Assembly: GCA_964457225.1 (NCBI GenBank)
Contig: CAYWEM010000003.1
Span: forward strand, 114 to 64,113
Length of the DNA stretch: 64,000 bases
Reading direction: 5' to 3'
DNA from: an uncultured Clostridia bacterium
GTDB taxonomy: Bacteria; Acidobacteriota; Aminicenantia; UBA2199
Translations under genes and position numbers: made by a program
The notes under the pieces: model-generated
Databases searched by the model: none
Seen by the model: the letters and a program-made list of their open reading frames with translations, nothing else
Told to the model about the DNA's origin: nothing
Shown: in pieces, positions 48,758 to 59,022 of the stretch
Layout of the letters: each line of letters starts with the position of its first letter
How positions within the stretch are numbered: the first letter of the stretch is position 1

Positions 48758-49663
48758 ATGCAAGCTATTCGAACTCTGAAAGGAATGGAAGAACTGGTCA
48801 AGAGCAAGCCGCCGTGCAAAATTTCGGTGGCCTACGGCCAGGATGAAGACACCCTGATTGCGGTTCACCGGGCCGTAAGCGAGAAAATCGTCGAAGCCGT
48901 GCTCTTCGGAGACCGGGAAGTAATCGCATCGGTATGCTCGAAACTGAACATACCTCTGTCCGATTTCGAAATTGTTCACCAGCCTGATGAAAAGAAATGC
49001 GGTGACCTGGCAGTCAAGCTGATCGTGGACGGCCAGGCCCAGATACTGATGAAAGGACTGATCGCCACCCCGTATTTTCTCAAATCCATCCTGAACAAGG
49101 AACTCAACGTCGTTCCCAAGGGCGGAGTGCTTTCCCATACCGCGATCATCGAAGTGCCGACTTACGACAAGCTGATCTTTGTTTCCGACGTGGCCATGAT
49201 CCCCTACCCCGACCTGGGGCAAAAGGTCCAGATGATCAATTACAACGTGGCCATCGCCAAAAAACTCGGCATCATCAACCCGCTGGTGGCCATTGTAACC
49301 GCCAATGAAAAGGTCTCGGACAAGATGCCCTGCACCATGGAAGCGGCCATCATCAGCAAGATGGCGGACAGGGGGCAGATCAAAGGCGCCGTGGTGGACG
49401 GCCCGCTGGCCCTGGACGTGGCCCTTTCCAGGAAGGCCTGCGAGATCAAGGGGTTGAAGTCGGCCGTGAACGGTTATGCCGACGTGCTGATCATGCCCAA
49501 CATCGAAAGCGGGAACATCTTTTACAAGACCACGACCATCCTGGCCAGGGCCAAGCTGGCGGCGGTAGTCACCGGGGCTTCTTTCCCGGCCATCCTGACC
49601 TCCAGGGCCGAGGACGACGATTCGAAATACTACTCAATAGTCCTGGCCGCGGCCATGGTATGA
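48758..49663 (+). CDS. ptb: Phosphate butyryltransferase/phosphotransacylase
   Basis: KISVAYGQDEDTLIAV...ILMKGLIATP...VSDVAM resembles the Pta/Ptb PTA_PTB domain. GGAGG RBS. Starts 1 nt after the buk stop. Confidence 0.9.
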   Translation: MQAIRTLKGMEELVKSKPPCKISVAYGQDEDTLIAVHRAVSEKIVEAVLFGDREVIASVCSKLNIPLSDFEIVHQPDEKKCGDLAVKLIVDGQAQILMKGLIATPYFLKSILNKELNVVPKGGVLSHTAIIEVPTYDKLIFVSDVAMIPYPDLGQKVQMINYNVAIAKKLGIINPLVAIVTANEKVSDKMPCTMEAAIISKMADRGQIKGAVVDGPLALDVALSRKACEIKGLKSAVNGYADVLIMPNIESGNIFYKTTTILARAKLAAVVTGASFPAILTSRAEDDDSKYYSIVLAAAMV

Positions 49664-49739
49664 CCCCGGAGAAACTGGCCTGGGCGATTTGATGCAGTTT
49701 CCAGCCTCAAGCCGAACCCCCGGCCGGTCAATGAGGTGA

Positions 49740-50087
49740 ATGGAAAAGAACAGAGGATCGCGCTGGCTTTTTTTACTGGGGGTTACCCTGGTCTTGCTGT
49801 CGGTCGCGGTTTTTGCCGAACGTCGCTGTTTGAAGGTCAACAACCTCATTCAGCTCCTGGGAGCACCGCTGACCTTTTTCCTGTTGTTCATCGCGGTCAC
49901 CCCATTGAGCGTAATTGCAATCAGTCTGCTTTTTCGGCCCCGGGTCAGCGCAATGCTGCTGCGCTTCAAACAGGAAAAAGACCTGTTCAGCCTGGCCGCC
50001 CTGACCGCGATGATCCTGTCGGCCAACCTGGCCTTTCTGATTCTGCCCAACCTGATCTGCTCGGTCTGGAACCTGGTCTTTCCCTGA
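49740..50087 (+). CDS. Small hypothetical membrane protein (3 TM)
   Basis: 115 aa with three hydrophobic helices. Confidence 0.45.
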   Translation: MEKNRGSRWLFLLGVTLVLLSVAVFAERRCLKVNNLIQLLGAPLTFFLLFIAVTPLSVIAISLLFRPRVSAMLLRFKQEKDLFSLAALTAMILSANLAFLILPNLICSVWNLVFP

Positions 50088-50117
50088 AGCCGGCAGGCTG
50101 ATCGTTTTTTATCAGAT

Positions 50118-50903
50118 CTACTGCTCCAGCAACTGCACCGGGCTGAAACCGGCCGGAATGCTGAACATTTCCGCCGGAATCTGCCTGATCTGGACCAGGG
50201 TCACTTCCTGCTCGGTGCGGGATTTCTCCTTGCGCCGGCCCTTCTTGTCCTCGGAAACCGTTGTGCTGATTATCTTCAACGGGAAACCCATTTCACCTTC
50301 GGCCTTCATCTGTTTTTCCACCAGTTGATCAACATCGGGAAAACCGGTCTTGAAATCCCGGCCGCGGAAGGGGTCACCCATTTCAGCAAGCTTGATCGCC
50401 GGGGTGGCCCAGATTTCCCGTTCCACGTAATCGCGGCTCCGGGTCTTGATGATGGCCACCTTGACTTCAATATCGTAAACCGTGCTGAGCTTGTAATGGT
50501 TGCAGGGATAATTGAGAATCGTCTCACTGCCGAGTTTTTCCAGTTTCACCTCGGGATTTTCAACCGTGACCTGGATCAGTTTGCCCAGTGATTCACCTAT
50601 CTTGAACAGGTAATCGAAGGGAATCTCGCTGTAGCTTTTTTCCTGCTCGTTGACCAGGTAAAGCTTGTTTTCCTTGGCCAGGTACAGCCAGTAAACACCC
50701 GGGCCGTAAAACTGGTTTTTCTGGTTTACCGAAACGAATTCCTGGCGCACGTTGCCGTCCTGGGCGAACATGTGCATTTCCATTTCCAGGTAATCCTTCT
50801 TGCTCTGGCCCTGGGTGACGCTTTTCACCTTCCATTCTATGCCGGCCTGGACGTAACCGGCCAGCAACACGCAGATCATCAGGAAAAACAGGGTTTTTTT
50901 CAT
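50118..50903 (-). CDS. Hypothetical secreted protein
   Basis: Signal peptide MKKTLFFLMICVLLAGYVQAG and an AGAGG RBS. The longer ORF overlaps tRNA-Ala and was rejected. Confidence 0.6.
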   Translation of the reverse strand: MKKTLFFLMICVLLAGYVQAGIEWKVKSVTQGQSKKDYLEMEMHMFAQDGNVRQEFVSVNQKNQFYGPGVYWLYLAKENKLYLVNEQEKSYSEIPFDYLFKIGESLGKLIQVTVENPEVKLEKLGSETILNYPCNHYKLSTVYDIEVKVAIIKTRSRDYVEREIWATPAIKLAEMGDPFRGRDFKTGFPDVDQLVEKQMKAEGEMGFPLKIISTTVSEDKKGRRKEKSRTEQEVTLVQIRQIPAEMFSIPAGFSPVQLLEQ

Positions 50904-50995
50904 GGTACACCTCTTTTTATTCATATAATCAAAGAATGAAAATCGGCTGAGTCGGACAAGCCAGGTCTTTTTAGGGTCATTTTTGAAAGAAAAAG

Positions 50996-51068
<73 letters not shown>

Positions 51069-51121
51069 ACGAAAAACCATTTATACCACATTTCATGCCT
51101 TTTGGCAAATGATTCCCGCTT

Positions 51122-52477
51122 TCACTCGACCAGCAGGGAGAGCCAGGTGACCCTTGAGCCGCAGGCTTCAAACCAGTCAATACCTTCACTGACCAGGTCG
51201 AATTTCAGCCGGTAAGAACCGGGCTCGGCTGGAGCGGTCAGTTCGATTTCGACCCGGGTCCGGCCCCGGCCGGGCACATCGGCCGAAAGCCAGGCCCGCT
51301 GAAAATCGCGTTCAAGCAATTCTCCCGCTGCTGAATACAACTGGGCGCCCAGGCGCACCAGCCGGCGGCCGTAACTGGCCTGGCGGGGCCAGGGCCGGTC
51401 GCCTCGATTCTTCAGTTTAAGGGTCAGGGTCATGCTCTGACCTGGTTTCAGCCTGAGCCCCCGGCGCCGCTTTAACGGCACCTTGATCAGGGCCCGCGGA
51501 CTGGCCCCGGGAATGGCATTGCCCAGATTGTTGTCATCCCAGACGGCCCGGCTGATTTTTTCATAGTCCGGATTTCCCGGCTGGAACCTGGTGGAATAAG
51601 CATCTTCCGGATGGTCGGTGATTTCCCAGCTCAGGCGGTCGACCCCGATTCGGGCGGCCAGTTTTCGCGCCCGGTTCATCTCGCGGTCGCTGTCGTTCCA
51701 GCGGAACAGGATGTAACGCCAGTTGATGACCGGAACATCCAGGCCGGCCCGGCGTTTGATGGCCACCGCTTCAGCCAGGTTGGCCAGCACCCGGTCAAAG
51801 TCGCCCCGGCGGCGATAACGGGCATAACTCTCCTGGCTCGCTCCGTCCACCGAAAAGGTCAGCTCGTCGATTCCGGATCCGACCAGCCGCTCCAGGTCGT
51901 CGCCCCGGAAAGCCAGGCCGTTGGTGCTGGAGTACAGGTATATTGCCGGGAATCTTTCCTTGATGTAAGCGGCCATGTCCACGGCCCGGCGGTGCAGGAA
52001 GGTTTCCCCGTAATTGAACAGGTCGATCCGCACCAGTTGCGGGCCGCATTCATCGATGACCTTTCGAAACAGCTCAAAATCGAGCATCGGCCGCCGCCTG
52101 GTTTTGATGATACCGCTCTCGGGCGCGCAACAGGATTTATAGCAGGAAAGGTTGCAGACCGCCGTGCTTTCGATGAACAGCCGATTGGGCCGTGGTCCGG
52201 GGTCCGATCTGGGTGCGGCCGGGCTTCCCGGAGGCAAAGGGCATTTCAGCGGGCAGTCGCCGCAGAAATCAGACCAGCCCTGGTTCAACTCCCGGCGCAG
52301 TTTTTCCAGCAACGGCCCCCGCCATACCTGGGCCACGCTTTCCCGCTGGGCGTCACCGACCACCCGGCGGGCATAGGGATCGGCACAACCGCAGGTCAGC
52401 CGGCCGTCACAGAGCAGGACCAGGGTAGTCCAGGGCCAGGCGCAGGAAAAACCGTGCTTTCCGGGGGAAGCGTTCAT
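51122..52477 (-). CDS. Radical SAM protein with an N-terminal SPASM/twitch-like Cys-rich domain and a C-terminal uncharacterised domain
   Basis: Radical SAM core CNLSCYKSC. It is preceded by CAWPWTTLVLLCDGRLTCGC...FCGDCPLKC, which follows the C..PW......DG.V..C plus CxxCxxxC pattern of SPASM domains. About 170 aa of unknown function follow. Confidence 0.75.
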   Translation of the reverse strand: MNASPGKHGFSCAWPWTTLVLLCDGRLTCGCADPYARRVVGDAQRESVAQVWRGPLLEKLRRELNQGWSDFCGDCPLKCPLPPGSPAAPRSDPGPRPNRLFIESTAVCNLSCYKSCCAPESGIIKTRRRPMLDFELFRKVIDECGPQLVRIDLFNYGETFLHRRAVDMAAYIKERFPAIYLYSSTNGLAFRGDDLERLVGSGIDELTFSVDGASQESYARYRRRGDFDRVLANLAEAVAIKRRAGLDVPVINWRYILFRWNDSDREMNRARKLAARIGVDRLSWEITDHPEDAYSTRFQPGNPDYEKISRAVWDDNNLGNAIPGASPRALIKVPLKRRRGLRLKPGQSMTLTLKLKNRGDRPWPRQASYGRRLVRLGAQLYSAAGELLERDFQRAWLSADVPGRGRTRVEIELTAPAEPGSYRLKFDLVSEGIDWFEACGSRVTWLSLLVE

Positions 52478-52590
52478 GACCTGATTTTATCAGCCCGGCC
52501 CGGGAAAAGAAAGCTTCTTGACCGAATTGGCTGGATATAATTGGTCTGAAGTGGTATCATTTTTCTTCTATTTCACAGCGGAGGTTTTTC

Positions 52591-54756
52591 ATGAAAAAAA
52601 TCCTGAAGATCAACCTGAACTTGTTTTTGATCCTGGTCCTGCTTGCCCCGGCCGCGCTTTCCAGCGACGAGGGCATGTGGCTGCCCCACCAGCTGAAGAA
52701 TTTACCCCTGGACCAATTCGGCTTGCTGATCGAAGCGGACAAGATATACAACCCGCAAGGCACCGGCCTGGCCAATGCCGTGGTTTCCTTCGGCGGCGGC
52801 ACCGGTTCCTTCGTCTCGGCCGAAGGCCTGCTGCTGACCAATCACCACGTCGCCTACTCGGCCATCCAGCGCGCCTCAAGCAAGGAAAACGATTACCTGG
52901 CAAATGGCTTCATGGCTGTTGACCGAAAAGGCGAAATCCCCTCTCCCGGTTTCCAGGCTTTCGTCCTGTTGAAATACGAAGACGTCAGCGCCCGGGTCAA
53001 TTCAGCCCTGCGCCGGGCCCGGACTCCGGCCCGCCGGGCGGCCCTGCTGGAAAGACTGCAAAAGGAAATGGAGGCCGCCGCTGAACGGCAGGGAAGCGAT
53101 CTGCGCTGCAATTTGCGGGCCATGTACAACGGCAACGAGTACTACCTGTTCACTTTCAAGCACCTCCAGGACGTCCGCCTGGTTTACGCTCCGCCTTCAT
53201 CACTGGGCAACTTCGGCGGTGAAATCGACAACTGGATGTGGCCCCGGCACACGGCGGATTTCACCTTCATGCGGGCTTACGTGGCCCCTGACGGCACAGG
53301 CCGGGCTTATCACGCAGAGAACGTGCCTTACCGACCGGCCTCCTACCTGCGCTTCGCCTCCAGCGCGCTTAAACCGGGCGATGCCACCTTCATCGTCGGC
53401 TACCCGGGCCGGACTTATCGCAACGACACCCTGGCCGAACTGGATTTCATGATCAGTAACATGGAAAAAAACCAGGAAAAACGCCGGGAAGTCATCGACT
53501 TCCTGGAAAAAGCCAGCTCCGGGGACCGCGGCCTGGAGATCAAGTACGCCGGCCGACTGCGCGGCCTGTACAACGGCCTGAAGAACAACCAGGCCAAGCT
53601 GGAAGGTTTCAGCCGCTTTGGAATAAGAGATAGAAAGGCGGCTTTTGAAAAGGAACTGCTGGACTGGATCGGGGCTGAACCCGGCCGGGGACGGAAATTC
53701 GCCGGGGTCACCGAAAGAATCGCCTCCCTGCTGGAGCGGATGGCTGTTTTCAACCAGCGCCAGGAGACGATTTCCAACACGATCGGGGGCTATGCGCCCA
53801 CCCTGCTGTCCCTGGCCCATACCATCTACCGTAACGCCCTGGAACGCGGCAAACCCGACCTGCAGCGGGAAGCAGGTTTCCAGGACCGTTTCCAGCCCCA
53901 GATCAGGATGCGCCTGGAAATAGCCGAAAGAAGCTTCGACCAGGCGGTTGACGCCGCTTACTTCGCCTTTATGCTCAACGGCCTGAAAGAACAGGACAGC
54001 GCCGGATTGCCGGCCGCCTGGCGACAACTGTTGTCCTCGAAAAAAACCGATGAGATTGAAAAATACGTCCAGGACCTTTACCGGGAGTCAGGGCTCGGTG
54101 ACCCGGACAGGCGCCTGGCCCTTTTCGACATGCCGCTTAAAGAACTGCTGGCCGCCGGTGATCCGTTTATCAAGCTGGCCGCCGAGCTGGAAAAGGAAAT
54201 GGCCGCCCTGCGCCGCCAGGGCAAGGAGCTGAACCAGGAACTCAATGACCTGAAAAAGGATTACAACGCCGCCCTGCTGGCCCGGTCCGACGGCATCTGG
54301 CCCACTGACGCCAACGGCACTATCCGCTTCACCCACGGCCTGGTTCAAGGTTACGAGCCGCGGGACGCAGTGGTGTTCGCCCCCTTCACCACCCTGTCCG
54401 GAGTAGTGGCCAAGCACAGCGGCACGGAACCCTTCATCGTTCCGGAAAAGCTCAGGGAACTGCACGCGGCTTGGGATTTCGGCCCGCATGAAGACCCCGA
54501 CCTGCAGGACGTACCGGCCTGTTTCCTGAACACGGCCAACGTCACCGGCGGTAATTCAGGTTCCCCGGTGCTGAACGGCCGGGGGGAAGTCGTCGGCCTG
54601 GTTTTCGACATGACCTACGAAAGCGTCATCGGAGATCATTACGTCATCCCCGAACTCCAGCGCACCATCAACGTTGACTCACGCTATATCCTGTTCATCA
54701 TCGACCGTTTCGCCGAAAACCGTTCCCTGCTGGCCGAAATAACCGGTACTGATTGA
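52591..54756 (+). CDS. S46 family dipeptidyl-peptidase (DPP7/DPP11-like)
   Basis: Signal peptide then SSDEGMWLPHQL at the mature N-terminus, catalytic His in LLTNHHVA, and serine motif TGGNSGSPV. Confidence 0.9.
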   Translation: MKKILKINLNLFLILVLLAPAALSSDEGMWLPHQLKNLPLDQFGLLIEADKIYNPQGTGLANAVVSFGGGTGSFVSAEGLLLTNHHVAYSAIQRASSKENDYLANGFMAVDRKGEIPSPGFQAFVLLKYEDVSARVNSALRRARTPARRAALLERLQKEMEAAAERQGSDLRCNLRAMYNGNEYYLFTFKHLQDVRLVYAPPSSLGNFGGEIDNWMWPRHTADFTFMRAYVAPDGTGRAYHAENVPYRPASYLRFASSALKPGDATFIVGYPGRTYRNDTLAELDFMISNMEKNQEKRREVIDFLEKASSGDRGLEIKYAGRLRGLYNGLKNNQAKLEGFSRFGIRDRKAAFEKELLDWIGAEPGRGRKFAGVTERIASLLERMAVFNQRQETISNTIGGYAPTLLSLAHTIYRNALERGKPDLQREAGFQDRFQPQIRMRLEIAERSFDQAVDAAYFAFMLNGLKEQDSAGLPAAWRQLLSSKKTDEIEKYVQDLYRESGLGDPDRRLALFDMPLKELLAAGDPFIKLAAELEKEMAALRRQGKELNQELNDLKKDYNAALLARSDGIWPTDANGTIRFTHGLVQGYEPRDAVVFAPFTTLSGVVAKHSGTEPFIVPEKLRELHAAWDFGPHEDPDLQDVPACFLNTANVTGGNSGSPVLNGRGEVVGLVFDMTYESVIGDHYVIPELQRTINVDSRYILFIIDRFAENRSLLAEITGTD

Positions 54757-54795
54757 GAAGGCGGAATTGATTTTTTTCAGCCGAGGAGGCGAACC

Positions 54796-55251
54796 GTGAA
54801 GCGAAAAGTCGTGTTGCTGACTGTTATCCTTATCCTGGCTTGCACCTGGAGCCCCGCCCTGAGCGAAACAAAAAACGAGGTGCAGGCTGAATACCTCGGA
54901 GGCAGGCCCGACCGCCCGCTTTCTGAAGCGGTCAGGCTGGGCAACCTGTTGATTTTATCCGGGAAACTCGGCATAGACCCGGCCACCGGCAAACTGGCGC
55001 CGGGGGGCATAACCGCGGAAACCAGGCAAACCCTGGAAAACATCAGGCAAACCCTCGAAAAATACGGCTCGTCAATGGACCGGGTTCTTAAATGCACGGT
55101 CATGCTGACTGACATTAACGAATGGGCTGAAATGAACAAAGTTTATGCCGAATACTTCATTCAAAACAAACCGGCCCGCAGCGCTTTCGGAGTCAGCGGC
55201 CTGGTCCTGGGCGCCCGGGTGGAAATCGAGTGCTGGGCCCTGATCGACTGA
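54796..55251 (+). CDS. RidA (YjgF/TdcF) family protein with signal peptide
   Basis: LILSGKLGIDPATGKL...TLENIRQTLEKYGSSMDRVLKCTVMLTDINEWAEMNKVY resembles the RidA family. Confidence 0.85.
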   Translation: MKRKVVLLTVILILACTWSPALSETKNEVQAEYLGGRPDRPLSEAVRLGNLLILSGKLGIDPATGKLAPGGITAETRQTLENIRQTLEKYGSSMDRVLKCTVMLTDINEWAEMNKVYAEYFIQNKPARSAFGVSGLVLGARVEIECWALID

Positions 55252-55289
55252 GCCGGGGATGTTTTACAAATAACCGGCCGGCATCAGCT

Positions 55290-55949
55290 CTATGCCCTGC
55301 TTTTAATGCATCCGCTGAGGCTGAAAACTTCGCGCCTGGGGTTTTCAGCCAGGCGCTTGGCCCAGGAAGAGTCCAGGCCGCGCAGTTCCGCTTGGCCGAC
55401 ACTGCCGACCTGGTTGATAAACAAACCCTGCCCGGCGTACAGAGGTCGCAGCACCTCAAGGAACAAGCCTTCGGAAAGAGCCGGCAGTTCCCGGCGCTCC
55501 ATTTCCCCGGCTTCCAGCAACTGACTGCAGGAAAGCCAGGCCGCAAAATCAGCGCCGTTTTCCCGGTCGGCCAACCCGGCAATTCCGGCAAGTATTTTCT
55601 CCTCGGCCTTGAGCAGGCCGACCAGTAAAGCGCCCCAGGGCAGGATAATCGTGATGCGGTCGGCCGTACCCGAGAGATCGGGCGGCAGGTACTCTACCGC
55701 GGCCGCCACCAACAGCAGGTTGTCACGGCCGCCTTTCCGGGCCGGGCGGGCCGCCCGGGAAGCAGTGTCAAACAGGTTGGCCGCCGCCGGGTCAATGCCG
55801 ATGTAAAGAGTATCGGGCCGGCGGCCAGCCAGCCGGTAGAGCCGGCGGCCGTCACCGCAACCAAGTTCTATTTCGACTTCCCGGTATTGCCCGATCATGG
55901 ATTGCAGGTCCAGGTCCCTGAGCTCGTTTCTGCCTGTCAGGACCTGCAT
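55290..55949 (-). CDS. Class I SAM-dependent methyltransferase (TrmB or rRNA m7G-methyltransferase-like)
   Basis: Motif I VEIELGCGDGRRL, IGIDP, and a later ITIILPWG motif resembling the TrmB ..DPW.. region. Confidence 0.5.
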   Translation of the reverse strand: MQVLTGRNELRDLDLQSMIGQYREVEIELGCGDGRRLYRLAGRRPDTLYIGIDPAAANLFDTASRAARPARKGGRDNLLLVAAAVEYLPPDLSGTADRITIILPWGALLVGLLKAEEKILAGIAGLADRENGADFAAWLSCSQLLEAGEMERRELPALSEGLFLEVLRPLYAGQGLFINQVGSVGQAELRGLDSSWAKRLAENPRREVFSLSGCIKSRA

Positions 55950-55954
55950 CTTGC

Positions 55955-56767
55955 TCAGCCTGCCGGCCCTCCGCCGGCCTGGTTCAGGATGTTTTTCAAC
56001 TGCCGCAGGTTGAGCAGGGCCTGGCCCCGGTAATGGTTGTTGCCGGCCAGGTAAACCCTGGGCACCCGGCCGCTCAGATCGCTGATCAGTTCGGCGATCC
56101 GTTCCAGTTCGCCCGGAGAATACAGGTAATCGTAACGGGCATCGCGACCGGCGCCGGCGAACCAGTTCGCGGCATTGCGGCCGTGCAGGCGGAAATAGAC
56201 CGCCTCGGTACTGGTCAGCCGGGCGGTCAGCGGCAGGTTGGCCGAAATCTGCGGCTGGTCGATGTTGCAGAAAATCCAGCCGCGGCCGCTCAGCATTTCA
56301 AAAAGTTCGGGCCGGTTCCAGGAAGCATGTCTGAATTCCAGAGCCAACCTGTACCCGGCGAACAGTTCACCCAGGGCGGCCAGGTAATCGACCTGGGGCC
56401 GGCGGCAGTGAAAGGAATAGGGAAACTGCAGCAGGATGCCGGCCAGTTTGCCGCATTCAGCCAGGGGTTGCAGAGCCTCCAGGAAAATCTTGACCTCATT
56501 TTCGGGCCGAGTCAGGCCTGCGTGGCTGAAACCCCGGTAAGCCTTGATCCAGAAGTGGAAATCGGGAAAACCCGCGGTTTTCGCCGCCCAGCCGGCCACC
56601 AGGCGGACAGCCGGAATCCGGTAAAAAGTGGTGTTCACCTCGACGAAATCGAATTGCCCGGCGATAAAGGCCAGGCGATCAAAATCGCGACCGGCTCCGG
56701 CCGGGTAGACCGGCCCTTCCCAGTCCGGGTAGCTCCAGCCGCTGGGACCGAAGAGAAAACGGGTCAT
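55955..56767 (-). CDS. DUF72 (YecE) family protein
   Basis: FLFGPSGWSYPDW..VYP and the FEFRHASW motif are DUF72 hallmarks. Confidence 0.85.
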   Translation of the reverse strand: MTRFLFGPSGWSYPDWEGPVYPAGAGRDFDRLAFIAGQFDFVEVNTTFYRIPAVRLVAGWAAKTAGFPDFHFWIKAYRGFSHAGLTRPENEVKIFLEALQPLAECGKLAGILLQFPYSFHCRRPQVDYLAALGELFAGYRLALEFRHASWNRPELFEMLSGRGWIFCNIDQPQISANLPLTARLTSTEAVYFRLHGRNAANWFAGAGRDARYDYLYSPGELERIAELISDLSGRVPRVYLAGNNHYRGQALLNLRQLKNILNQAGGGPAG

Positions 56768-56777
56768 GGCCCGGGCC

Positions 56778-58916
56778 TCAGGCTTTTTTCACCAGGAAGC
56801 GGTTGTAGAGCAGCAGGGCGGCGATGGTCAGCAGGCCGATGCCGCTGAAGATCAACCAGAGCAGGCGCGGCTGGTTGAGGTTGTCAACGAAGTGCACGTA
56901 GAGCCTGGCCCCGACCACCGCGCCGACCGAAGCCCCGAAAACCCCGTACAGGAAGAGATAACCCTGGTAGAGGGCCTTCTTGTCCGGCGGGGCCACCAGT
57001 CCTATATAGCTTATGAACTTGGGATGGGCGGTCATTTCACCGATGGAGAAGATCATGATGCCGGCCATGAACACCCAGATGGAAGTGGACAGGGCCAGGA
57101 TGGCCATGCCCAGGGTGCCGATGGTGATGCCGCTGATCATGGTCGGCAGGGCCTTCCTGTTTTTGACCAGGCTGGAGATGAACAACTGGAGCAGGATGAT
57201 AGTGCCGGCATTGATTACCGTGACGTGCTCGACGTCGAAGAACCAGTCGGCCCTGATGCCGAACCATCCCAGGAATGAATTCACCGCCTGGTTGAGCGGC
57301 CCGGCGTCAACGTAGGCCCGCACGTACCAGAGCACGGCGTCGAACATCTGGAAGTAGAGTATCCAGAAGCCCGAGTAAAGCACGATCATCAGCAGGAACT
57401 TGCCGTGGTCCACGAATTGAGCCGTGTCACGGCGGTCGATGACCAGCAGTGAGGACAGGGAAAGGTAAATCACCGAGCAGATGATGCGGCCCAGCACGCT
57501 CAGCCCGGGCAACAGCCAACAGCAGGCCAGGGCCGCGGCCAGCACCAGGGGGGCGCGGGGACCGCCCCGGGAGGCCAGGCCCAGGGTCAGGAACCCCAAA
57601 AGCACCAGGGAGACCAGGAACAGGGGGAAAAAGGACCTTGACTTCAGCTCCGGAGACAGCTGTTCCAGGTGGGCGGCGCTCAGGCCGGCCAGTTCGGGCC
57701 GCTGTTTGAGCTCGGCCAGCACCGCCTCCGGCCAGCCGGGATCGGCCAGGGGCACGCTGACCCGGTAATGCCGCCGACCCGGCCCGGGTTGCTCGACCCG
57801 CAGTTCGGCCTGGTTCCGGTCTGCGGCCAGGAAGCGCAGGTAAACCCTTTTCTCGGAAGCCGTGACGGCCGCGGCCAGGGCGGCCCGGTCTATTTCCAGC
57901 CGGGAATCGATCCGGCGCAGTTCTTCCTGCAGTTCCGGCAGAAATTCATCCAGCCGGCCCGGCCGGAACACGGTGATGTCGAGGATTTCCGACTCCGGCC
58001 CAGCGGGGAGGATCTGGAAATCCCGGCGGGCGGCCATGTCGCGGTGGACGGTCAGGAAAACCCGGCCAGGCTCGGTCTGCAGGGCGGTGCGGGCCAGGGC
58101 CAGGTTGGCGCTCGGCGCGGCCAGGTAATGGCGCAGGCCGAGCAGGGCGGCCACGGCCAGCAGGACGGCCAGGCCGATGCGGAAAGGCCTGGAGCCGCGG
58201 GCCCGGGCCAGCAGGATGACCAGCGGCGAGTAGATGATGGCAAAGGCATCGGCCAGGGTCTTGAGCAGGTTCTTGCGCTCCCTGGTCCCGGTGGCGGCCG
58301 CGGCCGGGGGCTCCCGGTAAAACAGGGCGGTGGGGATCAGCAGGGCTCCGGTGCACAGGGCCGCGGACAGGATGACGTAAGCCGGGTTGATGTTCTTCAG
58401 GTAGGGCACCAGGAAGAGCGGAAAGAGAAAGGCGCCCAGGTTGATCGACCAGTAAAATATGCCGAAGCCCTGGGTGGAATTGGACTCATCGGTCAGCCGG
58501 GCGATCGAGGCCGAGATGATCGGTTTGAAGATCCCGGCTCCGAAACCCATGACCACCATGGCGAAGAAGACCGCGGTGTAGGAGGTCACCTGGCTGATCA
58601 GGAAGTAGCCGCCGCCCATCAGGGCGAAGGCCAGCATGAGCATGCGCCGGTAGCCGAAGCGGTCGGCGATGGCCCCGGAAAGAATCGGCAGAAAGTACAG
58701 GAGCGGCTGGATCACGCCCTTGATCACTCCGACGCTTTCCTTGGGAAAATGCAGAACGCCTACGAAGTAATCGGAGATGAAACTCATCATGCCGTAATAA
58801 GAACCGCGCTCGATGAATTCAAAAAAGATGACCAGCCAGAACTGGGCCGGGAATTTCCGGAAAAGTCCCTGCTTGTCCTGCGCTGTCTTGGTGGTTTCTT
58901 TCCCTGCATCGTTCAT
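56778..58916 (-). CDS. MFS transporter of the POT/PTR2 peptide:proton symporter family with a large central insertion
   Basis: POT signature GAIADRFGYRR and the YWSINLGAF motif. About 200 residues of low-complexity A/L/R-rich insert lie between the two six-helix halves. Confidence 0.8.
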   Translation of the reverse strand: MNDAGKETTKTAQDKQGLFRKFPAQFWLVIFFEFIERGSYYGMMSFISDYFVGVLHFPKESVGVIKGVIQPLLYFLPILSGAIADRFGYRRMLMLAFALMGGGYFLISQVTSYTAVFFAMVVMGFGAGIFKPIISASIARLTDESNSTQGFGIFYWSINLGAFLFPLFLVPYLKNINPAYVILSAALCTGALLIPTALFYREPPAAAATGTRERKNLLKTLADAFAIIYSPLVILLARARGSRPFRIGLAVLLAVAALLGLRHYLAAPSANLALARTALQTEPGRVFLTVHRDMAARRDFQILPAGPESEILDITVFRPGRLDEFLPELQEELRRIDSRLEIDRAALAAAVTASEKRVYLRFLAADRNQAELRVEQPGPGRRHYRVSVPLADPGWPEAVLAELKQRPELAGLSAAHLEQLSPELKSRSFFPLFLVSLVLLGFLTLGLASRGGPRAPLVLAAALACCWLLPGLSVLGRIICSVIYLSLSSLLVIDRRDTAQFVDHGKFLLMIVLYSGFWILYFQMFDAVLWYVRAYVDAGPLNQAVNSFLGWFGIRADWFFDVEHVTVINAGTIILLQLFISSLVKNRKALPTMISGITIGTLGMAILALSTSIWVFMAGIMIFSIGEMTAHPKFISYIGLVAPPDKKALYQGYLFLYGVFGASVGAVVGARLYVHFVDNLNQPRLLWLIFSGIGLLTIAALLLYNRFLVKKA

Positions 58917-59022
58917 GTCAGACCTCGCTTCAGGTTTCAGGCAACCCGCTCATTCTAACAATCGGGAATAAAAAATAAAAGTACGCTGAAACCAGCGTTC
59001 AGAACCAGGTTCAAGAAAAAAC

